DNA of 42,829 nt from an uncultured Acidimicrobiaceae bacterium (GTDB lineage Bacteria > Actinomycetota > Acidimicrobiia > Acidimicrobiales > SZUA-35): assembly GCA_964609665.1 (NCBI GenBank), contig CAZSTV010000004.1, positions 23,735-66,563 on the forward strand. Reading direction: 5' to 3'. Position 1 is the first letter of the stretch. Every line of letters begins with the position of its first letter. Below are positions 28,754-36,265 of the stretch, one piece after another. The notes below the pieces were generated by a model. That model saw nothing but the letters and a program-made list of their open reading frames with translations. It had not been told where the DNA came from and made no database searches. The position numbers were made by a program, and so were the translations under genes.

Positions 28754-29871
28754 ATGAGCTCCAGTACCGCATCGGCTACCGCATCCACCTCGACCATGGT
28801 CAACGTTGGGTGCATCGGTAGGGAGAACTGTCGGGCAGCGGCCGTCTCGGCTATCGGGAGCGGCGCAATGTCGAACTCGGCGAACGCCGGGTGCTTGTGG
28901 CACGGGAGGGCGTAGTGAATGCCGGTCTGAATGCCACGGTCACCAAGTTCGGTCCGCATGCGGTCTCGGTCGTCGACCCGAATCACCTCGAGGTGATGGA
29001 CCGGGCTACCACCGTCCAGCGTGGTCAACATTTCCACCGATCCGGCGAGGCGCTCGACGTAGCGCTTGTGAGCGGCCCTCCGTCGATCATTCCAGGCATC
29101 GAGATGGCGGAGCTTGATACTGAGTGCGGCCGCCTGCAGCCCGTCGAGCCTGCTGTTGCGGCCACGATGGGTGTGTAGAAGGTGGCTGCCCCGCCCGTGG
29201 TTTGCCAGGGTGCGAATTTCGGTAGCCAGCTCGTCGTTGTTAGTGACAACGGCTCCGCCGTCACCGAGCGCCCCCAGGTTCTTGCCCGGGTAGAAGCTGA
29301 AGGTGGCGGCAACACCAAAGCTGCCGGCGAGGCGTCCGTTGAAGGTAGCGCCGTGGGCCTGAGCCGAGTCCTCGACCACATAGAGGCCGGCAGCGTCGGT
29401 GACCGCCATGATGGCATCCATGTTTGGCACCTGACCGTAAAGGTGCACCACCATCACTGCCTTGGTCTTCGGCGTGATGGCTGCGGTGATCGTCTCAGCG
29501 GTGATCAGCAGCGTCAGTGGATCGACGTCAACAAAGACCGGCGTGGCTCCAACGGTCACCACCGCTTCCGCCGTAGCGACGAACGTGTTGGCCGGGACGA
29601 GGACCTCGTCGCCAGGGCCAACGCCTAGTCCGGCGAGGACCAACTCCAGGGCGTCGGTGCCATTGGCAACACCGATGCAGTGCTCGGTGCCGCAGTAGGT
29701 GCCCCACTCCTGTTCGAACGCCGCAATGGCGCCGCTGCCGATGAAGGCCGAGCTGGTCAGGGTCTCGTTCCACGCCTTGTCCAGGTCTTCCCGCAGCGGA
29801 GCGTGAAGCGCCGCAAGGTCGAGGAAGGCCACCGGGGTGGAGGTGTGCTTGTCGTTGGAGGTAAAGGTCAT
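28750..29871 (-). CDS. DegT/DnrJ/EryC1/StrS PLP-dependent sugar aminotransferase
   Basis: ANGTDAL, VHLYGQ, EDSAQAHGA, SFYPGKNLGALGDGG, NSRLD. Confidence 0.96.
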   Translation of the reverse strand: MTFTSNDKHTSTPVAFLDLAALHAPLREDLDKAWNETLTSSAFIGSGAIAAFEQEWGTYCGTEHCIGVANGTDALELVLAGLGVGPGDEVLVPANTFVATAEAVVTVGATPVFVDVDPLTLLITAETITAAITPKTKAVMVVHLYGQVPNMDAIMAVTDAAGLYVVEDSAQAHGATFNGRLAGSFGVAATFSFYPGKNLGALGDGGAVVTNNDELATEIRTLANHGRGSHLLHTHRGRNSRLDGLQAAALSIKLRHLDAWNDRRRAAHKRYVERLAGSVEMLTTLDGGSPVHHLEVIRVDDRDRMRTELGDRGIQTGIHYALPCHKHPAFAEFDIAPLPIAETAAARQFSLPMHPTLTMVEVDAVADAVLELI

Positions 29872-29946
29872 GATGGTGTGCTCCGTTTGGATGTGCGTTT
29901 CGTGCTTGGCAGTAGGGACGGTCGAAAGGGGTGCCCGCGAGGGCTC

Positions 29947-30996
29947 TTAGACGATTGCGAGAGAAGGGCGAAGGCGAAGGTGCGGAAGGTTGACCGCAAT
30001 CGGTGCGCCGTTCTCTTCGAGAGAGCGGTCGGATGCTTCGAGCACCGCAACCACTGCGAGCCCGGCCTTGCCGTCGCTCATCGGTACGCCGCCGGTCCGG
30101 CAGCACTCCAGGAAGTCGTTGGCCTGCATTTGCAGCGGTTCCTTGAAGTCAATGGTCGGAGCGGTGGTGGCGCCCTCCCGGTAGGTCACCGAGATGGGGT
30201 TGCGGCCGCCAGGCCGCCCGTCGAGGGTCCGAGCCCGGTCGACTATCTTGATCCGCTCTGCCTCATCGACATCGTCGTAGACGGCCATCTTCTCCGAACC
30301 GACTGCCGTGGTCGTGCGAATCTTCAGAGGATCGAGCCAGCTGGCCCGGACCGTGGACTCGACTTCCTGACGCTCGAAGTTCATCCGCAGCGTCGCAACG
30401 TCTTCGGAGAACCCGGTGGTGTGGCGGGAGCCCCAGGCCGAAACGGTGTCGGGGACGGTGCCAAGAATCATGGTCGTGATCGAGATGTCGTGGGCGGCCA
30501 GGTCCCACAAGACGTTGACGTCCTCTCGGTACAAACCAAGGTTGAGCCTTGCGGCATCGAGGTAGTGGAGCTTGCCGAGCGAACCGTCGCGGATCAGTTC
30601 GGCCAGCTTCCAGACAGCGGCGTTGTAAGCGAACGTGTGGCCTGCGGCCAGGACAACCCCGCCAGCTTCCGCCATCCGCACCAACTCCATCGCATCGGCG
30701 GTGTTGGTGGCCATCGGCTTTTCGACCAGGGCGTGCTTGCCTGCGGCGATAGCCTCGGCGGTCACGTCGAAGTGAGTCTCGGGCGGTGTCGCCACGACGA
30801 TGGCGTCGATGTCATCGATCGCCTCTGACAGTGTCCGCCGCTGTAGGGCGTCGGGATAATCAGCGCCGACGGACGCACGGATGTCGCTCCGGCCGTCGAT
30901 AATGACCACACCTGTCACATCGGGATGGTTCGACAGCACACGTACGTGCTTTGAACCCCAGTATCCGCATCCAACTACACCGACTCGCATATCCAT
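29947..30996 (-). CDS. Gfo/Idh/MocA NAD-dependent oxidoreductase (NDP-sugar dehydrogenase-like)
   Basis: GVVGCGYWG, ATPPETH, LVEKPM, WDLAAHD. Confidence 0.93.
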   Translation of the reverse strand: MDMRVGVVGCGYWGSKHVRVLSNHPDVTGVVIIDGRSDIRASVGADYPDALQRRTLSEAIDDIDAIVVATPPETHFDVTAEAIAAGKHALVEKPMATNTADAMELVRMAEAGGVVLAAGHTFAYNAAVWKLAELIRDGSLGKLHYLDAARLNLGLYREDVNVLWDLAAHDISITTMILGTVPDTVSAWGSRHTTGFSEDVATLRMNFERQEVESTVRASWLDPLKIRTTTAVGSEKMAVYDDVDEAERIKIVDRARTLDGRPGGRNPISVTYREGATTAPTIDFKEPLQMQANDFLECCRTGGVPMSDGKAGLAVVAVLEASDRSLEENGAPIAVNLPHLRLRPSLAIV

Positions 30997-31234
30997 CTCT
31001 CATCTCGTGTTGCAAAACCGGACTGGTCGTCGCTGCTTTCACCGACGGTGACCGGTAAGCGTGTATCCGCTTTCCGTGCTCTGAGATCAAGTGTGGAGAT
31101 GCGCTATTCAGGGCTCCATGAGTGGTCGTCACCGCTGCTTCAGAGCCGTGGTGACTATGAAAGATGGGTCGTCCGAACCTGTGGGCAGCTGGGTGAGATC
31201 ACACACACCGGCCACATTCGTAGGTCCAAAACGC

Positions 31235-31270
31235 CTCGAGACCGGAGCAGCGGGCTGCTCCGGTCTCGAG
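31235..31270 (-). terminator. Perfect 17-bp-arm inverted repeat; likely intrinsic terminator for the coxL-like gene
   Basis: CTCGAGACCGGAGCAGC-GG-GCTGCTCCGGTCTCGAG; followed on the minus strand by GCGTTTTGG. Confidence 0.65.
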
Positions 31271-31407
31271 TGAGGTTCTCTTCGCCCGATGATGGGCGTT
31301 GTCACGGGCTGTTTGGCCTAGTGACGCAGTCTGTGGACCTATACGGCCCCCAACTTCTATTGGCGAACTCCCGTAGGCCGGGCGGCCCACCGAGGTTCGT
31401 AGATTAG

Positions 31408-33702
31408 TTAGCCTTGGGCTTCCTGGATGGCGTTCCAGACCGTCTGGCTACTCAGCGGCATGTCGATGTGACGCACCCCGAGATGGGAGACGGCATCGAT
31501 GACCGCGTTGTGGATTGCCGGGGTGGAGCCGATGGTGCCGGACTCGCCGATGCCCTTGGCGCCGAGCGGGTTGCGCGGGCTCGGGGTTTCGGTGTTCGAG
31601 GTCTCGAACGATGGCAGCTCGGCTGCTGACGGGATGGCGTAGTCCATCAGGTTGCTGGTGATCGGGTTGCCCTGGTCGTCGTACTGGACCACTTCGTACA
31701 GCGCCTGCGCTGCACCCTGAGCGATACCACCATGCTGCTGGCCGGTGACCAGAAGCGGGTTGAGGATCTTGCCGCAGTCATCGACGGCAACGTGGCGCAC
31801 CATCTCGACCTCGCCGGTTTCGGTATCGACCTCTACCAGCGACACGTGAGCCCCGAAGGGGAACGTGGCGTCGGTGCCGTCGAAGTCCAGCTCGTGGGCG
31901 AGCCCGGCGTCCATGCCGTCGGGACGCTTGCTGTCATCGTTTGCCGCTGCGGCCAGATCGGCCCAGGTGACGTTGGAGGTTGGCACACCGGCCACCTGCA
32001 AGCCGCCTTCTGCGGTGACAATGTCGCTCTCGCTGGCCTCAAGCATGTGAGCGGCGAGTGACTTTGCCTTGGTCAGGACGGTCTCGGAGGCAACGTGGAC
32101 CGCAGAGCCAGCGGTCTGCAGCGACCGTGAGCCCATGGTGCCGGCGCCACGAGGAATCTCCGCGGTGTCGGACTGGAGCACGGTGACATCTTCCATCGGT
32201 ACGCCAAGCATGTCGGAGACAATCATGGAGAAGGCCGTGATGTGACCCTGGCCGTGGGCGCTGGTGCCGACCCTGGCCGTTACGGTGCCGTCCTCGTTGA
32301 TCTCCACTGCGCCGTACTCAACGTGAAGTCCGGCCGGAGCGGTCACCTCTACATAGGCGGAGACGCCGATGCCAAGCTGCTTCGGATCACCGGAGGCCCG
32401 TCGTTCGGCCTGCTGGGCCAGAAGCCCCTGATAGTCCGAGGCCTCAAGGGCGGCGTCGAGGGCCTTCTCGTACTCGCCGCAGTCATAATTGGCGCCGCCG
32501 TGGGTGGTCAGCGGGAACGCTTCTGGCTGCAGGAAGTTCTTGCGGCGAATCTCCGCAGGGTCCATGCCAAGCTCATCGGCGGCCATGTCGATGATGCGCT
32601 CGAGCATCTGGGTGGCCTCTGGGCGCCCTGCACCTCTATATGCGCCGGTGGTCGTGGTGTTGGTTGCCGACGACCGTGCGTGATAGCGGAGCTTGGGAAT
32701 CTGGTAGACACCCTGAATCATGGTCTGGGTGAACATGGTCAGGAAGGCGCCGATACCGGGATAGGCGCCGCCGTCTGCAACAACGTCAACGTCCAGTCCG
32801 GTGATGACGCCGTCATCGGTCAGGCCGAGCTTGGCGTAGAGCACCATGGCCCGACCGTGGACCAGCGAGACCATGTTCTCGGACCGCTCTTCGGTCCACT
32901 TCATCGCTCGACCGAGATCCTGGGCCAACTTGATGGTGATGAACTGCTCGACGTAAGCGCCGGCCTTCGGGCCGAAGCCACCGCCGACCGCCGGAGCCGC
33001 CACCCGGACCTTCTCGGCGTCAAGGCCAAGCTGGCCGACCAGGATGTCTCGAACAGCGACCGGGTTCTGGCTGGAGAGCCATACCGTCATGTCCTCACCG
33101 TCTGGGACGGCGATGCAGCCGTTTGGCTCCATCGGGACACCGGCCAGGCGCTGGCTGAGGATGCGTCCCTCGACGACGCGAGCGGCGCCTTCGAGAGGAT
33201 CTTCGTCGGCACCGATAGCGGTCTCGAACACAAGGTTGGAACCGTGAGCTTCGAACAGAACCGGGGAGCTGTCGTCCAGAGCGGCTTCCATGTCGACAAC
33301 GGCAGGCAGCGGCTCGTAGTCAACGACGACGGCCTCAGCCGCATCTGCTGCTTGATCTCGGGTGTCGGCAACGACGACGGCGACGATGTCACCGACGAAG
33401 CGCACCTTGCCGACCGCAAGCGGCGGACGGTTGAATTCCACGGGGAACATCGGGAAACCCTGGAAGCCGGCCATCTCCAGATTGTCGGCCGACCAGGCTC
33501 CGGCGACGCCCGGCATGCCTGCTGCTTCTGAAAGGTCGACGTTGCCAAGCGTTGCGTGGGCGTACGGGGACCGTACGAAATGCACATAGCCGACGCCGGC
33601 AATGTCCATGTCGTCGTAGTACTCATCACTACCGGTGAGCAACGTGGGGTCTTCCCGTCGAAGAACCGCGTTACCCAGAATCGAGCCCTGCACTGCTGTC
33701 AT
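31408..33702 (-). CDS. Xanthine dehydrogenase-family molybdopterin-binding subunit (form II CoxL-like)
   Basis: RREDP, GGGFGPK, active-site AYRGAGRPEA, HGQGH, GSRS, GAKGIGESG; start ATG 33702 after AGGAG. Confidence 0.92.
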   Translation of the reverse strand: MTAVQGSILGNAVLRREDPTLLTGSDEYYDDMDIAGVGYVHFVRSPYAHATLGNVDLSEAAGMPGVAGAWSADNLEMAGFQGFPMFPVEFNRPPLAVGKVRFVGDIVAVVVADTRDQAADAAEAVVVDYEPLPAVVDMEAALDDSSPVLFEAHGSNLVFETAIGADEDPLEGAARVVEGRILSQRLAGVPMEPNGCIAVPDGEDMTVWLSSQNPVAVRDILVGQLGLDAEKVRVAAPAVGGGFGPKAGAYVEQFITIKLAQDLGRAMKWTEERSENMVSLVHGRAMVLYAKLGLTDDGVITGLDVDVVADGGAYPGIGAFLTMFTQTMIQGVYQIPKLRYHARSSATNTTTTGAYRGAGRPEATQMLERIIDMAADELGMDPAEIRRKNFLQPEAFPLTTHGGANYDCGEYEKALDAALEASDYQGLLAQQAERRASGDPKQLGIGVSAYVEVTAPAGLHVEYGAVEINEDGTVTARVGTSAHGQGHITAFSMIVSDMLGVPMEDVTVLQSDTAEIPRGAGTMGSRSLQTAGSAVHVASETVLTKAKSLAAHMLEASESDIVTAEGGLQVAGVPTSNVTWADLAAAANDDSKRPDGMDAGLAHELDFDGTDATFPFGAHVSLVEVDTETGEVEMVRHVAVDDCGKILNPLLVTGQQHGGIAQGAAQALYEVVQYDDQGNPITSNLMDYAIPSAAELPSFETSNTETPSPRNPLGAKGIGESGTIGSTPAIHNAVIDAVSHLGVRHIDMPLSSQTVWNAIQEAQG

Positions 33703-33948
33703 GAACGAACGCTCCTGATTGGCCGTCTTACCCGTCGCCTGAAATGTGGACGGAAGTCGACCTAGTATTGCCGCTCCCAGGGGCTGCGTCGAAGTCCTGG
33801 CCGGAAATATTCCGATCGCCCACGGGACCCTCGAACAGCGGTACCCGGACCGCAACGGAACAGAGCGAACGGGCGTAAGGGCTGGTGTACGCCAGGCGAC
33901 GCAAGGTTTTGTACTAATTGGTGCCCCGCTGGCGACCGAAAGGGGTGC

Positions 33949-34643
33949 ATGAAACAGCGGCGACGGCCAAGAAACGAGCGCGGAGCCACCGCGGTTGAAT
34001 ATGCCGTCATCGTCGGGCTCTTCTGCCTCGGCCTGATTCCGGCGATCAACGCCCTGCAGGACACGCCGGCACCTATCTCATCGACACCGGAGAGGACATC
34101 GGCACCGGGCGTAGCGGTCCGGCGGTGGCCTACACGCCACCAGCCAGTGGTCTGCCGACGTGGGTGGAGCATTCACCGGTTGCCATCGGTTCGAACCTGG
34201 TGGTGAACGGCGGATTCGAGAGTCCTGTCATTCGGGCCCGGGGTTGGCGGGCCGTGATGGCGAGCCCGTGGGACAGCACCGAAAGGGGCTTGGTCGAGAT
34301 CTGGGCGACCGGCCACAGCGGCGTGGTTTCCTACGCCGGAAATCAGCACGCCGAACTCAACCTCTACGGACAGACCACTTACAGTCAGCGGGTCTCGGTA
34401 ACGCCTGGATCGACCTACCAGTGGTCGATCGCACACCGTTCCAGACGCTCCACGTCCGAGAGTGCAGAATTTCTTGTCGACGGGAAGGTGGTGGCGCTTC
34501 TTGCAAGCGGGTTCAGCTGGACCGAGTACAGCGGGGTCCACATCGCGTCCTCGTCAAGCGCCTTGATCGAAGTTCGGACGATCAGCGGAAGCGGTCTCGG
34601 TAACTTGATCGATGACGTGTCTCTTCGCGAGCTGACAAAGTGA
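33949..34643 (+). pseudogene. Flp-type prepilin N-terminus joined, across a 1-nt deletion near 34063, to a carbohydrate-binding-like (DUF642/galactose-binding fold) domain
   Basis: RNERG|ATAVEYAVIVGL prepilin motif; second frame NLVVNGGFESP...GNQHAELN...SQRVSVTPGSTY...GNLIDDVSL; one added base gives LQD-x-AGTYLIDTG (about 231 aa). Confidence 0.7.
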
Positions 34644-36142
34644 GCCGCGACGTCGACGGCGGCTACATCCTGCCGACCAGCGCCATGCTGTTGCTGCCGA
34701 TGATGATCTTCGCTGCGCTCGCGGTCGATGTCGGCTCCTGGTATGCCGAGGCGGGTCTCACCCAGCGGGCCGCCGATGCTGCCGCCCTGGCGGGCGTACC
34801 GCTGCTTGCGGAGGCGCCGGACGCCGTCGCCATGGCCAAGGAGGTTGCCGCCAGGAACGGCTATCAGGACCAGCCGGGCTGCGACGTAATGCCCTGTACG
34901 CCCACGTTGCTGCCCCAGGTGGTCGTGACCAGGGTCGATATAAACCAGCTTCGAGTCGACATCTATACCGAGATGGGACTGATGCTTGGCAAGGTCGTGA
35001 GCGACGATCCGATTCCCCTGCACCGCACCGCCATCGCCGAACATGCGCCATCGGTGCCGCTTGGCAACCCGACGTCGATGCTTGGCGGCGGTACCGACGA
35101 GGCGAGCGGGGCATACGTGTCGAATCATTAGCTCCGGGCCATGAGCGATTGTGAATCGCGTTCTACCGGTGACTTCATCGGTGCCGGTGGTGGTTGCCCA
35201 AACACCAACCCGAATCACCGCGACGAGGGCCACACGTTCGTCGTCGACGTTCCAACGAGCGGTTCCTATGAGGTGCAGGTGCGGATGACGTGTGCCGAGT
35301 TTGGTGGGTCGCAGGCCAACGCCTCGATGCGATTCCGACTCTTCCCAAGCGAAGACGTGACGAGCACGCCGCTTTCACAACTCTCGGCACCACGACCGGA
35401 TACGTCCATCTGCCCCAGCGACGGTTCCGGCTGGTCTCGGGTGTATGACCCCGCGCCGTGGATTGAAATCGGACGGCTCAGCGCCGCAGGACGGTACGCG
35501 TTGCAGGCCAAGAACCCCGAGGCATCGGGCGGCATCAGAAGCCTGTACTCCCTGCGGATTGTTCCGGTGGGGCGGACCGGGTCGTACTCCTGTTCTCGCA
35601 TTGGGCCCGACGGCACGCCGGGCTGTCCGAACATCGTGGCCAAGGACTATCTGACCTCATACACCAACGCCAAAATGTTCCCCGGGGGAACCATTGGCAG
35701 GGCCGAGCTGCATCTGGCGGAGATCGAGCCGTTCTACGCGGGCAGCACCATGAGAGTGGAACTCTTCGATCCGGCTGACGGCATCGACGCGGTGCGGATC
35801 CTCGACCCGGAGGGCAACTACATGTCCTTCCGCTGGTACACCGTCGATTGCGTCACCTACGGCTACAAGTGCGGGTCCGGTGACCTCGGAAGCCGGGCGT
35901 CGCCAATCTCCCAAACCTGTAGCGGCGTGTCCTGCCTACGGCAGGATTCGAGCTACTCGCTGCAGGACCGCACAGCGGTGTTGGAGATCCCGCTCCCGAA
36001 CGACTACGAGTGCGCAGAGCCCGCCGGCCAGCCGAGGGACTGCTGGTGGAAGGTTGAGTATGAGGACACCAACGTCAACGCCAACGAAACCACCACGTGG
36101 GGCGTGACCATCCTGGGTGACCCCGTCCACCTGATCGAATAG
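34640..36142 (+). pseudogene. TadG-like pilus-associated protein with an in-frame TAG at 35129-35131
   Basis: DGGYIL..SAMLL..FAALAVDVG.WY......QRAADAAALAG Tad motif; ORFs 34640 and 35141 share a frame (NH*LRAMSD); 12-Cys C-terminal domain; 500 codons. Confidence 0.78.
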
Positions 36143-36158
36143 CGCTACAAAACCGCAA

Positions 36159-36196
36159 GTGCCTCCGACCGGAGGGCGAAAGCCGGCCGAAGGCAC
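36159..36196 (-). terminator. Probable intrinsic terminator downstream of lon
   Basis: GTGCCTCCGACCGG...CCGGCCGAAGGCAC; both mismatches become G-U pairs on the minus strand, followed by TTGCGGTTTTG. Confidence 0.6.
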
Positions 36197-36265
36197 CTGG
36201 GATGTGGTGGAGCTGTTGCGAGGCGGCCGCCGGGCGACGGCGGCCAACGCATAGCGCTGTCTGCC

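Noticed and set aside
31408-33702. Call as a true aerobic CO dehydrogenase (form I coxL)
   Set aside because: The motif is AYRGAGR, not AYRCSFR, and there are no coxMS or accessory genes
22154-33855. Longer ORF-track starts at 23386, 28903 and 33855 (also 5922, 15341, 18074, 40023)
   Set aside because: The extensions overlap neighbours or lack homologous character; ATGA coupling, SD or leaderless -10 signals support the shorter starts
13724-35131. Genome-wide reassignment of TAA/TAG to an amino acid
   Set aside because: TAA and TAG end many full-length genes here (e.g. 4564, 6824, 11341, 13394, 21147, 36142), so global recoding is not supported
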